Shown: positions 12,401 to 23,323 of the stretch, piece by piece
Position numbering within the stretch: the first letter of the stretch is position 1
Layout: every line of letters begins with the position of its first letter
Assembly: GCA_043228905.1 (NCBI GenBank)
Contig: JBHGNT010000002.1
Coordinates: 5,022,001 to 5,086,000 of the forward strand
Reading direction: 5' to 3'
Source of the DNA: Azolla caroliniana
Taxonomy: Eukaryota > Plantae > Polypodiophyta
DNA: 64,000 bases
Program-made: the position numbers and the translations under genes
The notes under the pieces: model-generated
What the model was told of the DNA's origin: nothing
The model's database searches: none
Seen by the model: only the letters and a program-made list of their open reading frames with translations

Positions 12401-12576
12401 ACATCCAGCGAAGATATCACTGGATCCGGGAAAGGATAGAAGACCAGGAGTTCGTGCTGACGAAGATCCACACGGACGAAAACGGCTCAGATATGCTGAC
12501 CAAAGTGCTCACACCCGACAAGCTGGAAGCATGCCGGAAGAGGATCGGATTGGAGAGACATCCCATGCCGAAGTGA
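9400..12576 (+). CDS. Copia Pol (protease, GAG-pre-integrase, integrase, RT, RNase H), uninterrupted 1058-aa ORF
   Basis: WVVDSGAS, WHKRLCH, HTDVC, RADNGGEY, ELNGLAERMNRT, YVDDML, FTDSD, STTEAEY, CDSQSAI, RTKHI. Confidence 0.95.
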   Translation: MLITEERELNLAGEEMTWVVDSGASFHLTPEKKYFSSYIAGEHGCVRMGNEGTCRIAGIGDVWLMTSTGCKMLLKDVRHVPEVRLNLISAGRLDDEGYTGSIRNGVMKFSKGSLIVARARKVNTLYLMNSRLCPEELNVAADTAGELWHKRLCHMSEKGMKRLAEDNLIPVKHVHLEKCTDCLAGKQNRASFHSRPPTRRSAPLELVHTDVCQVETKSHGGAQYFVTFIDDHSRKLWTAPLKTKDQVLSVFKELHARVERESGKKLKAIRADNGGEYRGQFEEYCRSMGIRLEFTVPKTPELNGLAERMNRTIMERVRSMLAHAKLPKGFWAEAMSTATYVINRSPSVPLDGDTPQRVWTGKEVSYRHLKVFGCLVYVHVAKDRRGKLDPKTRPCIFLGYGNDEFGYRVWDPVDKKIFRSRDIIFMEDKTLADWESEKKMKSSKSTGEDQLYKEQSRPARDRLALEDPAEDGEETEPAEEDENDTGTGPDPEMDSDEEESEEPVTEAPERRYPLRERRPPRRFPEPEHVLLTDEGEPESFEEAKHDTHSRRWLSAMQEEMDSLHEKHTYELVELPKGKRALRNKWVFKLKPGDAETPPRYKARIVVKGFQQKKGVDFDEIFAPVVKMTSIRTVLSIAARMDLEVEQMDVKTAFLHGDLEEEIYMQQPEGFEKKEKEHLVCRLKKSLYGLKQAPRQWYRKFDSFMTDEGYHKTQSDHCVFVKKFDGGDSLILLLYVDDMLIVGRDQVKIRMLKKALHRTFSMKDLGPARQILGMHIIRDRKKKQLWLSQEKYVTKVLQRFNMSEARPVGSTLPANCKLSSKQSPKTKAEKEDMMKVPYASAVGSLMYAMVCTRPDIGYAVGVVSRYMSNPGKEHWNAVKWILRYLKGTANVCLRFGSGKPEFDGFTDSDMSADADTSRSTSGYVMTYAGGAVSWQSRLQKTVALSTTEAEYMAAVEAGKEIIWMKDFIRELGIRQEEYRLYCDSQSAIHLAKNAAYHSRTKHIQRRYHWIRERIEDQEFVLTKIHTDENGSDMLTKVLTPDKLEACRKRIGLERHPMPK

Positions 12577-12586
12577 AGGGGGAGTT

Positions 12587-13290
12587 TGTTGGGATATCGG
12601 TCCCTCCGGATGGGATGTCCGGAGATGAATGACGGCAAGCCCGGTTGCGGTTACGGAGCCGGATGATGTAGACCCGGCTACGGAGCCGGATGATGAAGAC
12701 CCGGCTACGGAGCCGGATGATGAAGACCCGGCTACGGAGCCGGATGACGAAGACCCGGCTACGGAGCCGGATGATGAAGACCCGGCTACGGAGCCGGATG
12801 ATGTATGTACCCGGAGAGAGATCCGGATGCGGGGACATATTTGTGAATATGTTTGCCAAGGGCCCTTGAGGCTATATTTGTAAATATCCTGAAAGTCATA
12901 TGTGTATAAATATGACTTAGGGCAAACTGGTTGTTGCTGCTGAAAAGTTGCTGCTCATATTTTTCTGTTTTTTCCACTTAGAGAGAGTGAAGAGAGCAGC
13001 CGAGAGAGAGAGAGACAGACGAAGAGGTCGTTGCCTCTGTGTATTACCGCCGCCTGTGGCGAAGACAGTGAGCTCAAGGTTGTTGCCTTGAAGCTTCACC
13101 ATTGTACATCTCTGTTCATAGTGATAGTTGGAGTTTGAGGACTCCCGTGGTTTTTCCCGTATAGGGTTTTCCACGTTAATCCCTGTGTTATCGTGTCTTT
13201 CTCTGTGTTTCCTATTTTCTGCTGCATTGATTCGTGATTTCTCGGTTGTGGCCGAACGGTGAAGGCGAATCGGAGCGTAGATTCTCAACA
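12587..13290 (+). repeat. 3' LTR of copia #2 (704 bp; six 27-bp units)
   Basis: Direct repeat of 7838-8514. Confidence 0.96.
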
Positions 13291-14055
13291 TAAAGTTATA
13301 CTAAACTTTATCCCATGTAAATATTCTAGACATGCATAGTACAAAAAGTTATTCATGCATAGACACTCGAGTTAAAAGAAAAGATGAGATAGAAAGCTAA
13401 TCATGCACATGTAGTGTGCATGAAAACTAAAGATAGGAAAAACATGATGCTTGCATGTGATAAACTTAGACTCTTCCAACACTATATAAGGAAGAGAGAA
13501 CGATGTATAGAGGTTGTTGATTATTTTACAAGGGTTGATTAATATAATATAATCGTGGGATCCATGAGTTTGCTAACTATTTTTCCCTCTTAATTTGAGT
13601 ACTCACTAATACACTATACTCGTGGGATTCATGAATTTTTCATATCTTTCTTTCTTACAATATATTTCATATTCTTAATTGCCTTAGAATTTTCTTTCCT
13701 CCTAGTCCAAAACCCCAGCGGTTCCCAGCCGACTCACGCAACGATCCGGAGCCGAAAGGCACGACACAAGTGGTGAACCCGACGTGAACACAGGTGGCAA
13801 GGGGATGGAAAATCAACCGGAGGCTAACAACATGATGATGATGTTCGAGTGGATGCTTCAAGAACAATGTGCGATGTCGGAGATAGCGGCGGCAGTAGAG
13901 CGGCTCGTCCAACGGATCAGGCGATTCAACGGGAAGGACGTATCGCCCTATCTTCGGGACTACAAGGCGGAAATGATACGATGCGGGATTTCGGAAGGAC
14001 TGCAAGTGACATCCTTCAACCGGGTAGCTACCGATGGGCTTCAAGCAAGTATCCT

Positions 14056-15663
14056 TCCAAATGTGACTGATCGCGTCACACCACATGCACCGCTGCCCAG
14101 CCGGCGACCTCCGGTCGCGAGGTTGTTCGCCGCTCTCTCTCCGGGCCTGTACGATCTACAGGTCGCGCACCATTTGTGTCAGCTCCTCCAGAGCCGCTCC
14201 TCCGGATGGGCCTCTGACCACGTTGTTCGATGCCGACCCCGACTCTGGCCAGATTCTGGTCTCTTCCTTCCTTCCAACCGGCACCGATACCGGCTCCTCG
14301 GGCCTCCTCCCCGGGACCAGCCCTGATCCCGACGAGCTTCCGTCGCTCCAATCGCGTCGTTTGTTGAAACGGCTGCAGACCCGTTTTACCACGACCCAGT
14401 CTGCCGTGAGCCCTTCGTCCGTTTCCAATAGGGCACCCACCTTTTCCCTGTCGAGCGCATCCACCGACTTGACAAACAGTAGTACTCGACTTGTTTCGAG
14501 CACGGTGTGGTCCAGCGTCGACAGCTGCGCGAACCGTTTTTCGAACTCCTAGAGGAGCGCCGACGTGTTCCTCCCCTTTCCAGGGCTTTCCACCCATGCC
14601 ATGAAGTCCCGCCTCGACAGCCGAAACGAGTCGTCAAACCCGTACTTCTCGAGGAGCTGCAGCTCGAACTGCTCCCAAGTTTGGCATCCGGCCAGCACCT
14701 CGAGCACTTCCGCGTGGATGCTCGGCGTCACCACCCGAGGGAATCCAGATAGTGTCCACCGGTATATCCCTCATGATCATTTCGGCCCGGTAAGCCTCCA
14801 AATAACTTGTGGCGTCTTTCCCTCCGAACCAGCCTATAGTGCTGACGATCGATTCAATGGCTCTATCGAGGGTACCCGTCCCCTCACGAGCGCTCACCAG
14901 CCGGTCGACGGCTACCGCCATCGCCTCTGCTAGCTCCGATTCGCTCATCTTTCGACTCCTTTGCTGCCTTTTCACATCGGGTTCACCAAATTATGTCGCG
15001 AAGTTTCGCGCGTGCGTGGAGAAAGGCGGGACCACGGGGGTCTTGGACCGAGGAGCAAGAGAGAGAGAGAGAGAGAGAGAGATTCACAAAAACACAAAAG
15101 CGAGAAGGAGAGATATAGAACGGAACACTTGATTACAATAACAAGAGATTACAATAGCAAGAGATTACAACTCTGACGGTTACAACCGGCAAGGCGGCGA
15201 TGGACCCGACACGGGGATCCTACTCACGCACACAGACAGAACTCACTCGACTCCAAGAACAAAAACGAGGGCGGGGGGGAAGAGCCTCTGCTGGAAGCGC
15301 ACGGGCTGTCCACGATGCAGAGGCTGCGAACTCCCAACCCACAGAGACCGACGGTCGGAGGAGAAGAGAGAGCTCGGCACTCAGATCTGCAACAGCACTT
15401 CGTCCTCTCCAACGCGCGATATTTTTCTCTCCCCTCTCTCCTTTCCTTAAATAGTTCCCATCCCTAGTCAAATCGCTTTATTCCCTGTCCCCTCTAACAG
15501 GGATACGCACAATCCCCTAATAAATGTGTACTACTTAGTATTTACATCAGCCGATCCATTTATGAATCATGTACAAAATATCAAAATATGCGCCCATCCG
15601 TGTAAGAGCCGGTTCATGCGCCTTTTTCTCTGATTCCGCCTATGCCCAGTTTTCTTCGCGACA
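14056..15663 (-). mobile_element. Element B: Phygy-like Ty3 fragment. 5' LTR 14994-15663, PBS 14971-14988, frameshifted gag.
   Basis: LTR termini TGTCGCGAAG...CTTCGCGACA and a Trp PBS (one mismatch). Gag motif FGGKDATSYLEAYRAEMIMRDI. Inserted into the protease region of element C. Confidence 0.85.
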
Positions 15664-18201
15664 ACGTGTATATTTGGGCACGCACCATGCAGCTCCTCCG
15701 TAGCATGCGTCGCCACGCGTATCTTCCACCCATGCTTGGTGTTGATCGGCCATTTACTCCTCTTGTAGAAATCCATGGACATCAGGTTGATTTCGAATCT
15801 ATGGTCTACCAAGGCCACCACCGGTTCCTGGACATCTTCGATCTTAACAGGGGTCTCCGTGGTCGCTCTGGCCCAGTGCGGCCTCGAAAAGTGGCTCTCC
15901 GCCAACTCGTCTTCTAGCGCCATGTCCTTTATGTGCGTCATTCACACTTCCACCGGCTTCTCCGGCTCTGGCTCTGTCGACAGCCTCTTCCTCTTCACCA
16001 AGTCTGCGATGGAGTCGTGGAACTCCTTCTTGGCGATCCCGAGCACTTCCCTCAGCGACAGCTCCACTTTGCTATCGAGGATACGTTCCTCCAAGACCTT
16101 TCGCAGGTCCGTGGTCCTTTCGATTTCCGTGTTCAACCGGTACCCGGCCTTCTTGGCTTTATCCGGTGCGCCGGTTGCACCAGCCTCATTCTGCCTTTGA
16201 CCGAACCGGGTCTCATACCGTTGTGAGGGCCCAGCCCCTCCAGTTTTACCTACTCGCTTGTCTTCCACCGGAGCCTCGTAGTTCTAGCATGCGGCTTCAA
16301 TGAAGCCTGTCTTCTCTTCGACCGTGTCACTCCACCCGGTTACCTCCCAGACCTATTTTTCCGCGCGGTTCGCTTCTTTCCTTAGTCGTGCGCCGGCGAG
16401 GCCTTCCAGCATCAGCGGCCAAAATCCAGCTTCATTCTTCTTCCGGACCTCACCACCTCCGACCCGGATCCCAGCCGATAACGAGTAGTGAACGGTCTCC
16501 ACATGGCGAGCCGCCGCTTCTTCCATCAGCCGTTTCATACCCCCTCGTCCGACATTCAGGTCCAAGGCCCTTCGGGTCTCTCTAACGTGCACCCGACCGT
16601 TCCATAGGTACACCACGTTGGCTCTCATTGCCTCGGCGAAGTCCCCGCAGTCCTTCCGGACGTGGCTGACCGCGTCGCACCACAAACACCGGTTTCCAGC
16701 TGGAGGCCTTCAGTCACGGGCCTGTTCGCCGCCGTCCCTCCGTGCCTGTGCAATCTGGAGGTCCTTTACCATCCTAGTCAGCTCCTCTAGAGCTGCTCCT
16801 CCGGACGAGCCTTTGACCATATCGGTTAAAGTCGATCTGGTCTTGAGCCAGTCTCGGGTCTCTTCCCTTCGCGCTGGCGGGGTTGGCTCGAGTTTCCTTG
16901 CTGCTACAGAGCCCGCCCCTGTCGATCCTTTTTCGACCCACTCTCGCCGTTTGTGGAAACGGCCACAGACTCTCTTCACCACGGCCGAGTCAACCATCAG
17001 CCCGTCATCAGTCTCCAGCAGGAGACCCACTTGCTCCCGGTCCCTCGCATCGACCGACTTAACGAACAACAAGACGCGACTTGTGTCTAGTAAGGACCGG
17101 TCAAGCGCCGAAAGACACGCAAAGCGTTCTTCAAACTCCCGGAGGATCACTGACGCGGTTCTCCCCTTTTCGGGGGTCTCTACCCATTCCATGAAGTCCC
17201 ATTTCGAGAACCAAAGCGCGTCATCAAGCCCGCCTTCAAACTCTTCCCAGGTCCAGCTCTCAGCCTGTACCTCGAGCACCTCCGCATGGATGCCCGGCAT
17301 CGCCACCTGAGGGAATCCGGTCAGTCGCCTTTCTTGGCCCGATAGGCCTCCAAATAGCTTGTGGCGTCCTTCCCACCGAACCGGCCTATCGTGCTGACGA
17401 CACCTTCAATAGACCTATCGAGGGCGCTTGCGCCTTCGCGCGCACTCACTATCCGATCCACAGCCGAAGCCATTGCTTCCGCGAGATCCGACCCCCTCAT
17501 CCTTCTATTCCTCTACCGCCTGTTCACGTCGGGTTCACCAAATATGTCGCGTTGTTACGCGCTTGCGTGGAGAACGAGGCGGGACCACTGGGGTCTTGGA
17601 CCGAGAAATAGCTGAGAAGGAGGAGAACGGAAAGGCAACGGACACACTTGCACAAGCACAGACACGGGAGCACGCAGGAATCACAGTCCAACAACACAGC
17701 AAAACGAGACGACTCGAAGTCCGAGTATATGAACACGTATGTATAAAAATATATATATATATCAAGATAGTTATAACTAACAGGCCGGCAAGGCAAACAC
17801 CCATGCCTGTTCACTCACACACAGAAGAGCGAGATGGAGACTCTGCCGGAAGCACACGGGCGTTCCACGGAGCAGAGTCAGCCTCTCGAAAACCTGCACA
17901 AAATGGCTATGGGGAGTGGTAGAGGAGAAGGGCTCAGTCCCAATCCGGCATCACTTCGTCCTCTCTCTAACGTGCTATATTTTTTATCATTCCTCTCCCT
18001 CTCTTTTATAGCCCAAGGAGGGAGGCCGTTATCATCCGTTACATCACATTAATTCTCTGTCCTTTCGGACAGAGATACACCTCGATTCTCTCCCTATTGA
18101 ATGCGTGCTACCTAGGATTTCACCTCAACCAACTTGTACCTACCTACTTACCATACAACGAAAAGTGTGCTCGCGTGTAAGGGACGGTTTTCTTCACGAC
18201 A
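15664..18201 (-). mobile_element. Element C: Phygy-like Ty3 fragment. LTR 17545-18201, PBS 17523-17540, degenerate gag-protease.
   Basis: Perfect Trp PBS (plus strand ttcacgtcgggttcacca). WCDAVSHVRKDC knuckle and a VALVDHRFEINLM protease-like motif. Confidence 0.85.
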
Positions 18202-20173
18202 CCGCGATTATCTTCGCTCTCCGGTTTGCCACCTGCTCCGAACCGGTCATCATCGTCGTCCTCGCTCCCCGGGTCCAACTCGTCCTCGTGCCGCTTCTTG
18301 AACGCCTTGATCCACTTCCCGACCACTGGCACAGTTATTCTCGTTCCGTCGAGCTCCGCAAGATGGTAGGTGCCGTTGTCGTTGGAGCTTGTCACCGCGT
18401 AAGGCCCGAACCACCTCCTCGCAAACTTCCACATTGCCTTGTGTTGGTTGTCGAGGCTGCTGTCGTAGACCAGAACCCAGTCGCCTTCCTTGATTTTCTT
18501 TGGTCGTAGTTGGTGAGTCCGATCGAATCGCCCCTTGTTCTTTGTCCTTGCCGCACGCAACTTCCCCATTGCTCGTTCCACGTCCTCCAGTCTTCGCTCG
18601 AGCTGTTGGATTCGCGCGGCTAGCAGCTCCTCCCGGCTTATCTCATCTTTCCAATCCACCGTAACCCACGAGGAGATCATTCTGCCCGTACATCAGCTCC
18701 GCGGGCAAGAACCCGATCACCGAACTGTGCATAGATCGGTCTGCCCACAACGCGTAGGGTAGGAGCCGCGGCCAATTCCCGACTTGGCCTTCGCAGGCCC
18801 TTACCAATGCCTTTATGATTGGCCTGTGTCCGCATTCCACCTTCCCGTTTGTCTCCGGATTGTACACCATGGTGAGCGAGATTTTAACCCCTAACCATTC
18901 AAATAGCTCTTCGGCCTCTTGTGCATCCAGTTCTCCACGGTCTGCTACGATCTTTCCTACGCACCCGTACTGACATACCACTTCCTTGATTAGGAACCGG
19001 CACACGCCCGCGGTCGCCTTGTTAGGTAACGCTCGGCCCTCCATCTGGTTCGTCAGATCCTCTCGTGCCAACACCAGGTATCGCATCTGCCCTACTCCCA
19101 TCGGCATCGTCACCAGATCCACCATCCATTTGAAGTGGACGGTCGGCGGATAAGTCGGGTGCAACTCGTCCCGATGTCGGACTATGGAATGCATCTGACA
19201 ACTTTCGCAAGTTGTTACGAACTTATGCGCGTCCCGGTATAGTCTCGGCCACCAATACTTCTCCTTCAGCTTCTCGAACGTGGCCCATGTCCCCCAGTGT
19301 CCAGCCCAAGGACTCTCGTGGTACGCCATTAACAATGCTTCCTGCTCCTCCTTCCTTGCCACCACCCGAAGTGGGACTCCGTCTCGCTTCTTCAGGTGCT
19401 TCCATAGGCTTCTGTCCCACAGGAAGAATCGATACGCTTTCTTCCGGATCCGGTTAGCCTCTTCCCTTGTCCACGCCGCTCCCAGCATCATCGTCTTCAG
19501 GAACCCACCGATCTGGAGCCACTCCCCGTCGTACTTGCTCTCGTCGAACTCGTTAAGCACCGGAGTGCTTCTAGCCCTCGCCATTATGCGAGCCGACTCG
19601 AAGAAGTCCTCACCAACTTCTTCATTCTCCGAAACCATGTCTTCTTCGTCGTCGAACCATGCTCTTGAAAGCATATCGTCCATGGTGTTGTCTTTACCGA
19701 AGATGTGTCGTATCTCCTGTTGCCGTTTCGGATCACGGTCCGTGGTCAGTCCTTCGACCTAGACCTCAAGGTGGGTGTGGAACAACGAACAGGGGTTTAA
19801 GCGTAATGCGTAAGGGGAGAACCCCTATAACCTCTCCGCGTATAAGGGAAGATGGCTACAACCGAATCCCTATCAAAGGTTACACTTACATATTACCACG
19901 CTTAAGTATCCGAGACACCGACACTGAATTAGCCGCAGCTATACACAGAAAATCAGAGAAGATAGAATTCTATTATCAGGTGTTCTTTACATTCCCAAAA
20001 TTACACGCACCTCCATAAGAGGTTTTCTGCCCTTTATATATGTTGGGTCTAATTAGCCGTTCACGCTTCCTGCGTGAACCTTTACATGTGTTATGCACTT
20101 ATATAGTTTGTGGGAGAATGCCTTTGCACGTCGGACCCATCCCGTTAATCTTCTTCCAAAATGGCCCGGATGT

Positions 20174-23101
20174 TCAGCTTTGTTGTGGTGTCCTCGTCCG
20201 GAGGTGATGTAGGGCCGTAGGTGCATCGTGGTGCGGCTCCTCTGCTTGGTCGGCATGGTTTCTCCCGGAGTCGCCGTCGCTGTGTGCGGGTGGTCCGGGT
20301 ACGGTGGGCTCTTCTTGAGTTAGTGGGTTGGGCTCCGCCGTTGGCGTGCTTGCAGTCGGCTGCAGCTCAGCCTCCATTGTTACGTCCTCCGCGGTGTTGG
20401 CCGTTTTTGTCTATTCCTGGGAGTGGGGCGGAGATTCCACTTGGTCCGCACTATTTTCCGCATGGTTTGATGATGGTGTGGGCTCGTGCGGCTGGACCTC
20501 TTGTTGGGTAATGGTTTCACTGTTTGGTCTTGTGGGGAACTCCGCTCATTGGTCCCCACTATTCTCCCCCGTTGTCATCTCTGGTGATCGGGCCTGAGGT
20601 TCCTCTTCTTCGGTTGTGACTGGAACTGGTGTCATGCTGGGTTCCTCGTTTGTGCGCGTGTTGCCGACTTGTGTGATCTGGTGAAATAGCTCCTCCTGAC
20701 TTTCACCAAAATCATCTAAGAGTTGTGCGAGTTCTTCGGAGTTTTGGTCTGCTACCGCATGATAGTCTTGCGCTAGGTCCTCCCGTACGGTCGCAATTCT
20801 CTCCTGATTTAGTTTATAAAAACCTCAGCCGTTTTTCCGCCAGTTCTCCCAGTCCGCCCGATACGCGTGCAATTCCGCTGCTTGGGTTGCCCACGCCATC
20901 CATCCTTTGTCCAGTGCCGTTTTCAATTGCGTTGTGAACCTTTCCCGGTTTGTTTGGAGAAGGATGCGCACGTTATCCGTGATGGCCTGGCAGCGGTTGC
21001 GTGCGTCTTCCATCGACTTCAGGAGATTTGCGATTTCCTGTTGTTTAACAGTTGCCACTTCCTCATACGTGGCCTTCAGGCCCGCCCACAGCTGGGATTC
21101 CTTTGCATGTTGTTCTTCTAATCTCCCCATCTCATTGTTTAGGCAGATTTCGAGCTGATGTCTTCTGTCTTGTTCGATCAGCAACTGCTCATCGAACCAT
21201 ACCTTCTTTTTTTCTAATAAGGTCCGAAGTCCTGCGATTGCCGCCTCCGCTCTCTTCGCGTCCTCTCGTAATTGTGCGATGTCATCCTTTGTCCGGATGT
21301 GTTGAGCTACCTCCGTAGCTAGTTTCTCTTCAAGAGTTTTTACGGCCTTCCGTCTGTTAGCCTGTATCTCCTTTTCTCTGTCGGAGGATTGGCGTAGTTA
21401 TGCTCGAAGACGGTCAATTTCGGATTCCACTAGCTGCACGGCACTTTTTGCTTTTGAGGCGATGGCGGTCGGAGCCTCGATTTCTTCTTTTAGAGTGTCG
21501 ATGACGTGGTTTGGTGGCGGGGTTGCGTGTTGCGCCGTAGTCGCGTGAGCTTCCAACTCCGCGATGCGTGCGTTGGCTTTTTGTAGTTCGGTTGCGGTCA
21601 GTTTAACCTTCTTCCAGTCATTCTTATTTTTTATGGCCATCTCCTTGGCGCACGTGCTGACCTTTGCCAGTTCCCGATGGACTTCGACTAGGGTCGTGTT
21701 TAAGGGTGGTATCTCCATCCCTACTCGTCGTACCCCGGCGTTCCTCTGTCTGTCGACCCTGGCTAGCTAGTCCTCATCGTTGCTCTCCGTTGTTTGTGTT
21801 AGGGCGCGCTCGATCATCTGACGTTCTGCATGCTCCTTGGCCATTCGTTTGGCGGCTTTGACCTGTTGTGTTGCCAGGAACTCCATGAGCTCAAAAGAGG
21901 TACCGAACTGCAAGAGGGCGCTGAATTCGTGGGCCATATCCGGGATATCCAGATATGCCAAAACCTCGCTTTCTGCCATCAATACGGCTTTCCCTCGTTG
22001 GGACTGAGTCATAATAATCGGTCGTGGCTCCCGGATGATTTCGAAGGTAGTATTCGGTTCTGCTGTTACGGAGCCTTCGTCTTCGGTCGGTGCCTCCGGT
22101 GCCGTGGGGGCATTTTTTACCAACCCACGCCCATCTTTCCTGTCCAATCTGCGTTGTTTTGGTCTAGGGCTTTCCCGCCGTGTTTTGGTGTCTGGTTCTA
22201 GGGCTGCTTCCATGGAGCGTCTCGGTTGTTCCTCCTGCGTCGCCCGTGTGTCCGGTTGGTCGGTAGGAGGTGTTGTCCTTGGGTCTGGCTGGGCCGATTG
22301 GGGTTCCTCATCGCACTTTGGGGCCGATAACTCCGCTAACCTACGTTTCGCGGATCGGGGCGGGGCCGTGGGTTGGCTGGGCTGCGGTGCTGGCAGGCCT
22401 CGGGGTGGAAATAGTACCGTAAGGTATTGTTGGATGATTGGCCTGAGCTTTTTGCCTACTTGGTACGCATGCAAGCCTTCCCTTAACGTTGGCCCTGTGA
22501 TGACCCCCCAATCGACTGCACGCCCTTCAAAGGTGTCGATAATGATGCCCGCCTTCTACTTAGGCATCCCGTATGCGTTGACATGGACGCAGCCGACTTC
22601 CAGTAGGAACTTGGCAACTTCACGGAAGAAGGGATCCGGAATTTGTTTTGTTCTATAGGCCTTGGCGGAGGATGAATATGGTCCAAAATACCGCTGCAGC
22701 GCCTCTGCTGGAGGTATTTCGAAATGTCTTTCGCCTAGTGAGGATAGGTCCAACTTCTTTCGAATGGAAGAGTTGGTGATCGTGTCTATGTTAAGCTTCC
22801 TGGCAATGTTCATGGCGTCCGGGTGCGGAGGTGCTTCTGCGACCCAGATGTAGCCATCCAAGCGTTTCTCTACGAGCCATCGGCGTAGGGCAGTAGAGAT
22901 GAAAATCGGCATCGCCAAAGTAGGTTCGTGGGGAGGAGACGGGAGGTTGTGGTGGGTTGGAGCTCTGAGATAGGATGGGGAAGAAGGTGAGGAGGATGAG
23001 CGATGGGAGCGCTGATAACTAGAAGATGGGTTTTTGCTTTGTGCAGAAAATCTTCTGTTTCCTTCTTTTTGTGGCTTAGGGTTCATTGGGCGGTGAGCCA
23101 T
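20174..23101 (-). pseudogene. Extra ORF of element F (~975 codons, one frame, several internal stops): globular N-domain plus long coiled coil plus P/T/E-rich tail
   Basis: ORF pieces starting at 23101, 22474, 21718, 21184 and 20377 all share one frame. They lie downstream of integrase in the sense orientation. Confidence 0.75.
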
Positions 23102-23323
23102 CGTGGTGCCGAGTGTTCTTGAACTAGGAGTTTGTGCATGCCTTTAGTCGTTTTAATAGTCGCTATCTTCTCTTTTTCTTTTTCTTTTTTTTTTCTTTTT
23201 TTTTCTTTTTTTGTTCTTTTTTTTTTCTTTTTTGTTCTTTTTTTTCTTTCTTTTTTTAATTTTTTTTCATAACAGTTATTTACAACCTATTTTTACATTA
23301 TAGTACAAATGAGACTGTCCATT

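Larger units (their letters stand above)
7838..13290 (+). mobile_element. Full-length Ty1/copia LTR retrotransposon #2, very young, related to #1
   Basis: LTRs at 7838-8514 and 12587-13290 differ at only a handful of positions plus one 27-bp unit. TSD TAAAG at 7833-7837 and 13291-13295. PBS at 8518-8529; PPT gaagggggag before 12587. Confidence 0.98.
7740..14055 (+). mobile_element. Element A: truncated tRNA-Trp-primed Ty3 element. LTR at 7740-7837 plus 13296-13766 (split by copia #2), PBS 13771-13788, gag N-terminus ~13806-14055.
   Basis: The LTR end ...ccgaaaggcacgaca and the gag peptide MMMMFEWML...FNGKDVSPYLRDYKAEM match element E (44864-48628). PBS is TGGTGAACCCGACGTGAA. Confidence 0.8.

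Noticed and set aside
13771-13788. tRNA-Trp-matching 18-mers (also 14971, 17523, ~32812, 45650) as tRNA genes
   Set aside because: Only the 3' 18 nt including CCA match, always next to an LTR end. They are primer-binding sites.
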